DNA from: an uncultured Planctomycetota bacterium | GTDB lineage: Bacteria; Planctomycetota; Planctomycetia; Isosphaerales; Isosphaeraceae | Assembly: GCA_963823665.1 (NCBI GenBank) | Contig: CAWGMQ010000005.1 | Span: 160,001-224,000, forward strand | Length of the DNA stretch: 64,000 nucleotides | Direction: 5' to 3' | In this document: piece after piece, positions 49,701 through 59,263 of the stretch | How the letters are laid out: every line of letters begins with the position of its first letter | How positions within the stretch are numbered: position 1 is the first letter of the stretch | Position numbers and translations under genes: made by a program | The notes under the pieces: generated by a model | The model's input: only the letters and a program-made list of their open reading frames with translations | Databases searched by the model: none | What the model was told of the DNA's origin: nothing

Positions 49701-49937
49701 TCCTCGCGCGGCCTCGAAAAATCGCTGGAAAGCCCCACCCTCAAGAGCGGCTTTTTCGCCGTCGCCGTCGTTGAGGGCCTGGAAGGCAAGGCCCGCAAGT
49801 CGGAGGATGGTGCGGTGTATTTCAAGGACCTCGACGCGTATGTCACCGAACGCGTGAAGGACTTGAGCGAGGGAAAGCAACATCCGCTGACCTCGCAGGC
49901 GACCACAATCATCAATATTCCGCTGACGAAACCGTGA
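46709..49937 (+). CDS. Secreted WD40 (14 repeats) / Ig-like / caspase (C14) protein, frameshift near 49279
   Basis: Signal peptide; 14 WD repeats; WLFWTPEGYY; VLAIGVSAY; downstream frame has FFAGHG and LLDACHSG (His-Cys dyad). Confidence 0.88.
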
Positions 49938-50001
49938 GGGAGTCGCGCTGACCGTCTGCATGTAAACTGGCTCGATCACGCCATTATTTCGGGGGTCATC
50001 C

Positions 50002-53000
50002 GTGGACGGCGCCTACCTTGTTCCCATCCGCCGCCTCTGCCTGCTCTCATTCAGCATGGGGCTGTTCTGTTTCGTTGCGAGCGCCAGCGCCCAGATGGCT
50101 GGACCGGAGACTCATACTACCGCTCGGGCATACCAGTTCGGTTGTATCCGTGGCCCTGAGCGGCGACGGCAAGCGCGTCCTCACCGGGTCTTCGGACAAC
50201 ACCGCGATCCTCTGGGACACGGAGACGGCCAGGCCCATCCAGACCTTCAAGGGGCATACCAGTTCGGTTTCGTCCGTGGCCCTGAGCGGCGACGGTAAGC
50301 GCGTCCTCACCGGGTCTGATGACAACTCGGCGATCCTGTGGGATACGGAGACGGGCAAGCCCATCCAGACATTCAAAGGGCATACCGATCGGGTTAATTC
50401 CGTGGGCCTGAGCAGCGACGGCAAGCGCGTATTCACTGGGTCTCATGACAACACGGCGACCCTGTGGGACACGGAGACGGGCAAGCCCATCCAGACCTTC
50501 AAGGGGCATACCGGTTCGGTTATTTCCGTGGCCCTGAGCGGTGACGGCGAGCGCGCCCTCACCGGGTCTAGGGACAAAACCGCGATTCTGTGGGACACGG
50601 AGACGGCCAAGCCCATCCAAACCTTCAAGGGGCATACCGATTTGCTTCCTTCCGTGGCGCTGAGCGGCGACGGCAAGCGCGTCTTCACCGGGTCTTATGA
50701 CGAGACCGCGATCGTGTGGGAAACGGAGACGGGCAAGCCCATCCAGACCTTCAAGGGGCATACCGGTTCGGTTTATTCCCTGGCGCTGAGCGGCGACGGC
50801 AAGCGCGCCCTCACTGGTTCTGCGGACAAAACCGCGATTCTGTGGGAAACGGAGACGGGCAAGCCCATCCGGACCTTCAAGGGGCATACCAGGTCGGTTT
50901 CGTCCGTGGCCCTGAGCGGCGACGGCAAGCGCGTACTCACCGGGTTTTACGACAACACTGCGATTCTGTGGGACACGGAGACGGGCAAGCCCATCCAGAC
51001 CTTCAAGGGGCATACCGAGCCGGTTCGGTCCGTGGCCCTGAGCGGCGACGGCAAGCGCATCCTCACCGGGTCTCACGACAACACCGCGATCCTGTGGGAA
51101 ACGGCGACGGCCAAGCCCATCCAACGCTTCAAGGGGCAGTTCAGTTGGGTTACTTCCGTGGCCCTGAGCGGCGACGGCAAGCGCGCCCTCACTGGTTCTG
51201 CGGACAAAACCGCGATTCTGTGGGACACGGCGACGGCCAAGCCCATCCAAACCTTCAAGGGGCATACCAATTTGGTTAGTTCCGCGGCGCTGAGCGGCGA
51301 CGGCAAACGCGTTCTCACCGGGTCTACGGACAACACCGCGATTCTGTGGGAAACGGAGACGGCCAAGCCCATCCAACGCTTCAAGGGGCATACCGAATCG
51401 GTCAGTTCCGTGGCCCTGAGCATCGATGGCAAGCGCGTCCTCACCGGGTGTTTCAACAACACCGCGATCCTGTGGGATACGGAGACGGCCAAGCCCATCC
51501 GGACCTTCCAAGGGCATCGCAGTTTGGTTCATTCCGTCGCCCTGAGCGATGACGGCAAACGCGTGCTGACCGGGTCTTTGGACAAAACCGCGATTCTGTG
51601 GGATACGGAGACGGCCAAGCCCATCAAGACCTTCAAGGGGCATACCGATGAGGTTTATTCCGTAGCCCTGAGCGGCGACGGTAAGCGCGCCCTCACCGGG
51701 TCTGGAGACAACACCGCGATTCTGTGGGATACGGACACGGCCAAGCCCATCCAGCGCTTCAAGGGGCACGTCGGAGCGATCACCGCCGCGGCATTTTCTC
51801 CCCGTGGCGAATATATCATCACGTCCTCCGCTGACGGGACGGTCCGCGTTTGGAAGCCCGGACGCGAAGATGCCTTGTTCTGCTTCCTTGCATCCGGATC
51901 GGAATGGCTCTTCTGGACGCCCGAGGGGTATTACACATGCTCCCCCAACGGCGAGAGCCTGATTGCCTGGAAGGTAGCCGATCAGTCCCCCAGAGGCTAC
52001 CAAATCGTCGGCCCCGAGCAGTTCCGCAAGAAGTTCTATCGCCCGGATATGTTCCGACACCTCCTGAACGAGCTTGATCTCGATCGCGCCCTGGCCCTTG
52101 CCGACAGAGAAAGCGGCCACGTTGTAGAAGCCCCCACCACGATCGACAAATTACCGGCGCCAGTGGTGCTCATCATCGACCCCAAGAGGGATGCCGAGAC
52201 GGACAGAGAGAGGTTGACCATCGAAGCGGTCGCCGTCAGCAACGGCGAGCTTCCGGTGACTCGTATGCGGATATTGATTAACGGCCGCACTTACAACGGA
52301 AACCTGTCGATCTTCGAGGTGCCCGACCCCCGCCCCGGCGCCGTCCGCCGGAGCTGGGATGTTGAGCTCGAGCCAGGCGACTTCGACGTGCAGGTGCTTG
52401 CCGACACCAGCGCGAATTTCGGCAAGTCAGAGATCCGCAAGATTCGCCGCAAGAGCCTTGCTGAATCATTGCCGCGCCTGCGCGTCCTGGTCGTCGGCGT
52501 CAGCGCCTACGAAAAGGAATCGCTGCGCAAGAACGTCGAATACGCGGCCGCCGACGCAATCAGGTTCGGAAATGCAATGAAGCTATCACGCGGGCCGCTA
52601 TATCGGGATTTCAAGGCGAAGTGTCTGGTCGACAAGGATGCCACTCGGAAGAAAATCCTTGAAGCTCTGTTGGAGATAAAGAAGGAGACCACGATGACTG
52701 ACACGACGATGGTGTTCTTCGCAGGCCACGGCGATCGGGACGACCAGGGCAACTTCTACTTCCTTCCCGTGGAAACCGACGAGATCGTTTCCAGCGGAGT
52801 TTCCGAAGACGATCTCAAGAGCCGCCTCCGGGCTCTGCCGGGCCGCGTATTCCTCATACTCGATGCCTGCCATTCTGGAGCGGTCGCAGCAAGCCGCGGA
52901 CGCGACGTCGGCGGTCTGACCGACAGGCTTTACCGCGATGTGACGTCGAACGAGCACGGCCTGATCATGTTTTGCTCTTCGATGGGGATGGAGCAGTCGC

Positions 53001-53209
53001 TCCAGAGTCCCCAGCACAAGAGCGGCATGTTCACACTGGCACTCACCGAGGGCCTGGAGGGAAAGGCGTCAAAGTCGGATGAGGGTGTCGTTTACCTGGA
53101 TGCCCTCGAGCGGTACATTGCCGAGCGCGTTCGGCAACTAAGTGAAGGTAAACAGCACCCACTGATGTTTCACCCTACAATCCGAGACATTCCACTGACG
53201 AAGCCGTAA
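50002..53209 (+). CDS. Secreted WD40 (14 repeats) / Ig-like / caspase protein, 1-bp frameshift near 50108
   Basis: Signal-like N-terminus (ASASA-Q) in the first frame; 13 near-identical plus 1 degenerate WD repeats; FFAGHG, ILDACHSG. Confidence 0.9.
50126..51763 (+). repeat. 13 tandem 126-bp WD40-coding units
   Basis: GGGCATACC...GCCCTGAGCGGCGACGGCAAGCGC...AAGCCCATCC..ACCTTCAAG recurs every 126 bp. Confidence 0.95.
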
Positions 53210-53277
53210 AGTTGTGTTCGAGTGGCGCACCGGTTAGCACTGCCGCACCAATCAGAGCGACTGCTGGCGAATACGTC

Positions 53278-54246
53278 ATGAATTTGAGAATGATCCGATC
53301 AACCGCCACGAAATGGTTGGAGCGAAAGCTCTGGCGGCATGTTCTCTTCCTCGGCGCTGCGGGCATCCTCTTGGCCGGCGTCAGCGTCTTCAAGGGCTGG
53401 ATGCACCGGCAGGTGGGTTTCGATGCGGAAGGCAAGCCCTTCGACGTCGCGGAGAAGCGCCTGGAGCCGCAATCGCCGGCGCCCTCCCAGCCCAGGGGGC
53501 GGCGACCAGTTTCCGAGGGGGCTGCTCTCCGCCTGATCTTGGACGACCTCGAGCGCCGGGACGAAGAACGGCGACCACATCTTCGTTACCTCACCCTCGC
53601 GCACCGCAACAACGACCCGACGTGTGCCGACAGCGAGCTCGATGCCGATCGCGCTGCGGTGCGCGAGATGGTCGTGTTCATTTCGCGCGGCCATTCGACA
53701 CGCTCGGATTTCATCGATCCCGAGCAGCTCGTCTTTCGTCTCGACCTCGAAGACCTCGATTGGAGCGGCGAGACGGACTGGCACCTGGTTACGTCGGTCT
53801 ATCGATACGGGCTGACCGGTACCGGAAACGACACACTGTCGGAGCTTCGGAAAAAGGTGCAGGAGCTCACCCAGGATCCGATCCCGGCGCTGCGGGCCGA
53901 CTGGTTCGTCGTCGCCCTCACGCGCGGGCCACTGGCCGGCCCGAGCGGGGTCGTTCGCATCCCAACAAATGAGTTACCCGAGTCGGTCCGCATGCTTTCT
54001 CAGCGCTACGCCAGTGAAACCGTCGACCTCGCCACCTGCGCTTCCGAGGAAGGCCTCACCGATCCACAAGTATTGGCGGATCTGATCCAGCGAACGCCGA
54101 ATCTTCAGCAAGAATTCGGAATCGCCCCGCTGCTCCGCGGCGAGCGAATCCGCCGCGAGTGGTGGGAATCCGACCGCAACCTCTTTTCCCCGTACCAGGA
54201 AGTCGCGCGACTTCTGAAGATCGGCAAGCCGGTTCGCGTCCAATAG
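53278..54246 (+). CDS. Membrane-anchored stand-alone paralogue of the kinase ectodomain
   Basis: N-terminal TM; DDLER..RP..RY, FRLDLEDLDWS, LRADWF..RGPL shared with the C-terminus of 44418-46655. Confidence 0.78.
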   Translation: MNLRMIRSTATKWLERKLWRHVLFLGAAGILLAGVSVFKGWMHRQVGFDAEGKPFDVAEKRLEPQSPAPSQPRGRRPVSEGAALRLILDDLERRDEERRPHLRYLTLAHRNNDPTCADSELDADRAAVREMVVFISRGHSTRSDFIDPEQLVFRLDLEDLDWSGETDWHLVTSVYRYGLTGTGNDTLSELRKKVQELTQDPIPALRADWFVVALTRGPLAGPSGVVRIPTNELPESVRMLSQRYASETVDLATCASEEGLTDPQVLADLIQRTPNLQQEFGIAPLLRGERIRREWWESDRNLFSPYQEVARLLKIGKPVRVQ

Positions 54247-54291
54247 GCTGTCCCCCGTGGTTCGATTCTCCGCGAATGAATCGCACCAAAC

Positions 54292-55395
54292 TCACGGATC
54301 AGCGAGACCCGCGTGCTCCCACTTCAGCTTGACCTTGAGTGAATTCAGCGTCCTGTTGTAGTTGAGCAACCGGTCATGTTGCAGACGGCCGACGACGATG
54401 CCGGGGGCAATGCCGACCTCCGCCGCAAAAGCACACAGCACATCTTCCCGGTCGTAATCTAACGTTAAGAGCCGCTTGAAATGAACATCAGGGATCAATG
54501 TTTTTGAGGCGAACTCGTTTGCCTCCCGCTCACTGTCATTTCCGTCCCCTTTGAAGTCGTCCAGGAATGTCTTCTTCTTCCCATGCAGGACGATATGACC
54601 CAGTTCGTGAAAGAAGCTAAACCATAGATGATCGTTGGTACAGAAGCGAAGACTGAGCTGAATCACGGCCTTATCACCCAGCCAAAACGCCGCGCCGGAA
54701 ACACAGCTCCCTTGCAGATGGGGAACAAAGACGACGGCGACGCCGAGTGAAGCGCACAGGCTCATCAGCCTTGGCACGAACTCCTCGGGCGGCAGCAACG
54801 AGAATGCGCGAATCTCTTTCAGAGCGACCTTCAATCCTTTGCCATTGAATGAGTCGGTTTCAACCTCAGCCGCTTCCAGTTCACCCTTTCTCAACCATGC
54901 TGCCAGCGCATACGGGCTGGCTTGTTTAATGAGCGACTTCCGGAACGCCGGTGCCTGAACCGTCGTTTTATTGAGCTGTGAGAAGGCGGCGATGCCGAAG
55001 TAGCTTAGTAGCCGGCGAGCCTGTTCCGAGGGGTTCGCTGCCTTCTCCAGCCAGCCAAGTTTGATCATCTCACGAAGAGGGAACTTCTTCAGGGCTTCGG
55101 CCTCCTCCCGAAGTCTCCCGTTGCCGCTGATCCGCTTCTGGGTCAGTTGGTAATTCCTCTCCAGATTCAGCCAAAAGATCGCCGGCAATCCTAGCACCAA
55201 TTCCAGCTCGAGCGAGGTCTCCTCGGTAATTGCGCGCTTACCATGGAGAATCTCGTTGACCTTGTTGGCAGGACGCTTCATCCGCTGTGCCAGTTCCGCC
55301 TGCGTCATTCCTTTCGCGGCAAGCATCTCAAGGATCGTAGCGCCGGGCGGGTTCGCCACGTCCGGCATGTACTCGCGCGGCTTGATTCTAGCCAT
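54292..55395 (-). CDS. higA: HigA-like HTH antitoxin fused to an ImmA/IrrE (M78) metallopeptidase
   Basis: PPGATILE..GMTQAELA..NEILHGKRAIT..FWLNLERNY; LWFSFFHELGHIVLH; EREANEFA. Confidence 0.88.
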   Translation of the reverse strand: MARIKPREYMPDVANPPGATILEMLAAKGMTQAELAQRMKRPANKVNEILHGKRAITEETSLELELVLGLPAIFWLNLERNYQLTQKRISGNGRLREEAEALKKFPLREMIKLGWLEKAANPSEQARRLLSYFGIAAFSQLNKTTVQAPAFRKSLIKQASPYALAAWLRKGELEAAEVETDSFNGKGLKVALKEIRAFSLLPPEEFVPRLMSLCASLGVAVVFVPHLQGSCVSGAAFWLGDKAVIQLSLRFCTNDHLWFSFFHELGHIVLHGKKKTFLDDFKGDGNDSEREANEFASKTLIPDVHFKRLLTLDYDREDVLCAFAAEVGIAPGIVVGRLQHDRLLNYNRTLNSLKVKLKWEHAGLADP

Positions 55396-55782
55396 CGTGA
55401 TTGTCGGCTCTCCTCGCATATCTTTTGAAGCTTGGCGTTCGCGTACCCGATCTCCATCGGAGTGGTAATCCTTTTCTTTTACCCCAAGAGTCAAGATTTT
55501 TTTCTTTACCCTTGAGGTCATACGAAATCTCGCCATTATAGAGTCTAGTCCGATGGTCAGATCTCTTCAAGCCGTGGCTCCAGCATTCTCGATAGGGCCG
55601 CTCTACGTGTGAGCCTGGGCGACACGGCGCCGCAGACAACCATGCAGCATCTGACACGGGCGGATTCTCGCGGCAGCTACTGAGACGCCCGAGGCGATGA
55701 GCTGGATGGCAGGCTTGCCAAGGCGAGCGCAATGGTGGAACAATACGACAGAGCACCATAAACGGAATGAACGAGGAGCGAA

Positions 55783-56013
55783 ATGAACGGACTTCAGGGC
55801 ACGACTAAGAACGGCCAGATTATTCTCGACGCCCCGGCCACGCTGCCCGAAGGCACCCGAGTGGAGGTTCTGCCGATCCGGGTGGCTCGGCCCACGCTGG
55901 GCATGCGCGAGGAAGATTGGCCGACGACACAGGAGGGGATCGCGGCCTCGTTGGCCCGGATGGACGAAGTCGAGCCGGGATGTCCGCGAAAGTCGATTCG
56001 GAGGAACGCATGA
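55783..56013 (+). pseudogene. Probable truncated antitoxin-like protein
   Basis: GAGGAG RBS; GTTKNGQIILDAPATLPEGTRVEV is an antitoxin-like N-terminus, and the C-terminus looks abruptly joined to the next gene. Confidence 0.5.
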
Positions 56014-56336
56014 TCTCATCGAAAAGTTACGTGGAGCAGGATTCCCAGGGCGCGCTGCGGGTGGGCCTGCCCGGCATTTCTCTCGACTCCGTCGTCATCG
56101 CCTTCCAGCAGGGACACTCCCCGGAAACAATTCAGCAGCTCTATCCTGCTCTGAGCTTGGAAGAGGTGTATGGAGCGATCGCCTTCTACCTCGCCAATCG
56201 GGATAAGGTCGATCAATACCTGGAGCGGCAGGAACAGCGCTGGGATCAAGTCCGCGAGCGCGCTGCGCAGAATCCAAGCGAGGTGGTGCAACGGCTTCGT
56301 GCGCTCAGCAAGGTCCACGGCCCGGCGGCAACATGA
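56010..56336 (+). CDS. DUF433-family antitoxin
   Basis: ISLDSVVIAFQQGHSPETIQQLYPALSLEEVYGAIAFYLAN. Confidence 0.88.
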   Translation: MISSKSYVEQDSQGALRVGLPGISLDSVVIAFQQGHSPETIQQLYPALSLEEVYGAIAFYLANRDKVDQYLERQEQRWDQVRERAAQNPSEVVQRLRALSKVHGPAAT

Positions 56337-56467
56337 GCCGACCACGCTTCTGGCCGAAAATGACCTGAACAACGCCATCGTCGTTGACGTATCGAGAGCT
56401 TGCTTCAGATCTGGGCGGCAAGTGAGGCGGACCAATGGGCCGGCCACGTCGAGTTTCTGCCGCTTTG
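56333..56467 (+). pseudogene. DUF5615 PIN-like toxin remnant (N- and C-termini only)
   Basis: ATGA overlap; MSRPR(F)LAENDLNNAIV joined, with small indels, to IESLLQIWAASEADQWAGHVEFLPL. Confidence 0.68.
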
Positions 56468-56772
56468 TCGCACGTCCATCGGGTCGACGACGAATCGCTC
56501 CTGGCCACCTGCGCTTACATTGATCCGAACTCTTCGGCGCCGGCATCGTCCAAGGCCCCACCGATGCCGACAAACCACTGACAACCGACAACTCATAACC
56601 GACAACTTCCCACCCACCTTGCTGGTCTCCTACAAGTTGTGGTAGTCTCACCTACGACAAGATGTAGTAATCGAGCAACCCCACCCCCGAGGAGTGCGAT
56701 CACTCTCCCGCATCCAATGCGTCATGTCTCGTGTGATCTCAGCAAATCTTCCTCACCCAGGAGCAAGCCCGC

Positions 56773-57912
56773 ATGGTCCGCCGCATCTTCTTCTGTTGCC
56801 TCGCGCAGTTCTGGATGGGTTGCTGGGCGTTTGGACAAGCCGCCAAGGGCCAAGAGCCATCGGCTTTGGCTCCGTCCGCCATAGACTCGAAATACCGCAA
56901 GCTTGATGAGCTGATTTCCATCTTGCGCAAACGCAACGAGGAGCAGTACGCGGTCTCGTCCCCCAAGGCCATTTCCGAGTCAAGCTATGTCAGCATCGGC
57001 GGGATCGAACAATGGGTCACGATTCACGGGCAGGATCGTGATAACCCCGTTCTGCTGTTCTTGCACGGCGGGCCCGGTGACGTAACCAGTCCCTGGTCGT
57101 ATGCCCTGTTTGCCCCGTGGGAGAGGCATTTCGCGGTGGTGCAATGGGATGAGCGAGGCTCCGGCAGAACTCTCGGAAAAAACGGACCAGGGATTGCGCC
57201 GACAATCACGGTGGACCGTCTCGTGCAAGACGGCATCGAGTTGACGAACTATCTGCGCAAGCATCTCCACAAGGAAAAGATCACACTGGTCGCGCATTCC
57301 TTCGGTACAGTCCTCGGCGTGCGCATGGCCCGGGCAAAACCGGAGCTCTTCGACGCGTACGTCGGCACCGCCCAGGTCTCGGATTTTCCGAGCAAGAACT
57401 CGACCGCCACCTACGAAGCCCTGCTGAAAAAAGCGAAGGACCTGGGCGATCAGCGGGCCATCGAGGAACTGAACGGCGTGGGTCCGCCGCCTTACGATTC
57501 CGGCCGTGGATACCGCGTGCAGTGGAAGTGGGCAAATGCGTTTGAGGGTGCTAATGGGTTCTTGGCCGGCACCCTGGGCCTTTTGCTCGTGGCTCCCGGC
57601 TACTCCGTGCAAGATCTCGAGAATATGGAGGACGGCCAAAGATTGAGCGCCGATCGTCTGGTGCCGCAGACGCAATCGATCGGGCCCGCGGAACTTGGTT
57701 TGGATTTCTCCATCCCGATGTTTGTTTTCCAAGGCGAAGAGGATTTGACAACCTCCACCGCGCTCGCTGAGCGCTATGTGCGAGCGATGAAAGCGCCTCG
57801 CAAAGAGTTCGTGCCCATCAAGGGCGGTGGCCACTTTGCCGTGTTCATGCGCTCCGACCAATTCCTGCACGAGCTCGTCACGCGGGTTCGCCCCCTGGCA
57901 GTCGGCAACTGA
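56773..57912 (+). CDS. Secreted alpha/beta hydrolase (proline iminopeptidase-like)
   Basis: Signal peptide; LFLHGGPG, QWDERGSG, AHSFG nucleophile, GEED, GGGHF. Confidence 0.88.
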   Translation: MVRRIFFCCLAQFWMGCWAFGQAAKGQEPSALAPSAIDSKYRKLDELISILRKRNEEQYAVSSPKAISESSYVSIGGIEQWVTIHGQDRDNPVLLFLHGGPGDVTSPWSYALFAPWERHFAVVQWDERGSGRTLGKNGPGIAPTITVDRLVQDGIELTNYLRKHLHKEKITLVAHSFGTVLGVRMARAKPELFDAYVGTAQVSDFPSKNSTATYEALLKKAKDLGDQRAIEELNGVGPPPYDSGRGYRVQWKWANAFEGANGFLAGTLGLLLVAPGYSVQDLENMEDGQRLSADRLVPQTQSIGPAELGLDFSIPMFVFQGEEDLTTSTALAERYVRAMKAPRKEFVPIKGGGHFAVFMRSDQFLHELVTRVRPLAVGN

Positions 57913-57960
57913 GGCACGGGTACGGCGTCCCCGAAACTCCATGCCCTGGCGGCCGTAGCG

Positions 57961-58635
57961 CTACACGCCACTTGGCCAAAACCACTTTCCGATGAGCCAA
58001 AACCGCGAGACCGGGAAGATGATGAGCAGTGAATACAGGCCGAGACCCTGGTAAAGGTCAGCGAGATTTCCAAAATAGCTGTGGTGCCTGAGGCCACAGT
58101 ACAAGCACAGGTAGCGCAATGCCCCTTCGACGTAGTAGATGTCGCGCACGGCGCCGGTCACCATCCGCTCCAGGATGTTGCACAGCCCGCCGGCAAATGC
58201 GAGCGACATCGCACTCAGCCACCATCGATCGAGCCACCGTAGCGAGAACCGGAAGAAAAGCGGCGGCACGGCGAACACAAGCGACACGGCGACGAGTGAG
58301 ACACAATCGAGCCACAACGGCCGGGGCATCTCGTGCAACAAAGACGCGATTTGCAGATTGGGCAGCAGCCGCGGGCCGGGCGCCGACGGATTGAACAACA
58401 GCGCGTCCAGGCCGAAATTCAACGTGGTATCGAGCTTCCAAACCGCCGCGAAGTCAATCGGGCCTTCCGCGAGCGCCGCGATCGTCGCGAACTTCGCCTC
58501 GATGAAGGCAAGGTAATCGGATCGAAACGCCGCCAGCACGATCAGGAATGCGACCAACTGAAAGAACAGCGCGTCGCTGAACGAGGCCCACGCTCGCTTC
58601 CAGAATCCGACAAACGATACGCCGCTGACCTCCAT
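57961..58635 (-). CDS. Signal peptidase II (LspA)-like protein with an RDD-like N-terminus
   Basis: FVGFWKRAWASFSD N-terminus; GGLCNILERMVTGAVRDI and GNLADLY match the two LspA Asp motifs. Confidence 0.6.
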   Translation of the reverse strand: MEVSGVSFVGFWKRAWASFSDALFFQLVAFLIVLAAFRSDYLAFIEAKFATIAALAEGPIDFAAVWKLDTTLNFGLDALLFNPSAPGPRLLPNLQIASLLHEMPRPLWLDCVSLVAVSLVFAVPPLFFRFSLRWLDRWWLSAMSLAFAGGLCNILERMVTGAVRDIYYVEGALRYLCLYCGLRHHSYFGNLADLYQGLGLYSLLIIFPVSRFWLIGKWFWPSGV

Positions 58636-58747
58636 ATCCGACCCCCTTATCGCCGCTGATTGTATCCCGGCGACCAAATGATCACAGTACACCGGCCGTT
58701 TATTCCGCGACGGCAAGGCCGTCATCAACGCCGAGCGCGACGTGATT

Positions 58748-58791
58748 GCCCTGAAAGGGCGCAACAACTCAGCCCCGGGCAACGCCCGGGG
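58748..58791. repeat. REP-like double hairpin
   Basis: GCCCTGAAAGGGC and CCCCGGGCAACGCCCGGGG. Confidence 0.65.
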
Positions 58792-58902
58792 AATGCCCAG
58801 CGCACCCATCGAGTGACGATCGAACGTTTCCGACCGCTGGCAAGAGCCCGGCCGACCAAACCACCACCTCCAAGCCCGGATCACGATGCATGTCGTAGCT
58901 CT

Positions 58903-59145
58903 TCAGCCGCCCTTGCGAACCGACCGCTGAGCACGCTTGTGGATCGTCAGCATTCCCATCAGCGTCTTGCCCGATCCAGGCTCCGCGACGAGCATGCCCC
59001 GACGGGTTTCGTCGAGCATCTTGACCGCAGCCGCAATCACGTGGGCCTGCGGCTCAAACGGCTGGCGGGTCGCCTCGGAGAAGTCAGGCAGCGGATCCTG
59101 CCCCGGCGTGTGCAGGGGCTGCCGACGAAGGCTCCTGTTGCCCTC
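58903..59145 (-). pseudogene. N-terminal fragment of a superfamily 2 helicase
   Basis: Hand translation QPFEPQAHVIAAAVKMLDETRRGMLVAEPGSGKTLMG (Q-motif and Walker A), bounded by stops. Confidence 0.6.
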
Positions 59146-59263
59146 TCAAACATTGCCTGGCCGAAGGAATGTCGTCGGGGGGGGCAACCGCTTATACTGG
59201 TCGTAGCGAAATCCAAGAAATCGTTAGGTGTTATTACCTTATATTTGCAGACTCAGAGCTGGC

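Noticed and set aside
50126..51763. Possible CRISPR array or DGR template/variable repeat pair
   Set aside because: The units are in-frame WD40 coding repeats; no reverse transcriptase or non-coding template is in the window.
50117..52120. 667-aa minus-strand repetitive ORF
   Set aside because: Antisense shadow of the WD40 repeats.
55396..55536. ILTLGVKEKDYH in frame upstream of higA, resembling a HigB C-terminus
   Set aside because: It overlaps AT-rich operator-like DNA and has no stop or other HigB motifs; likely coincidence.
56566..56608. GACAAC-type short repeats
   Set aside because: Only 3-4 degenerate copies, so no function can be supported.
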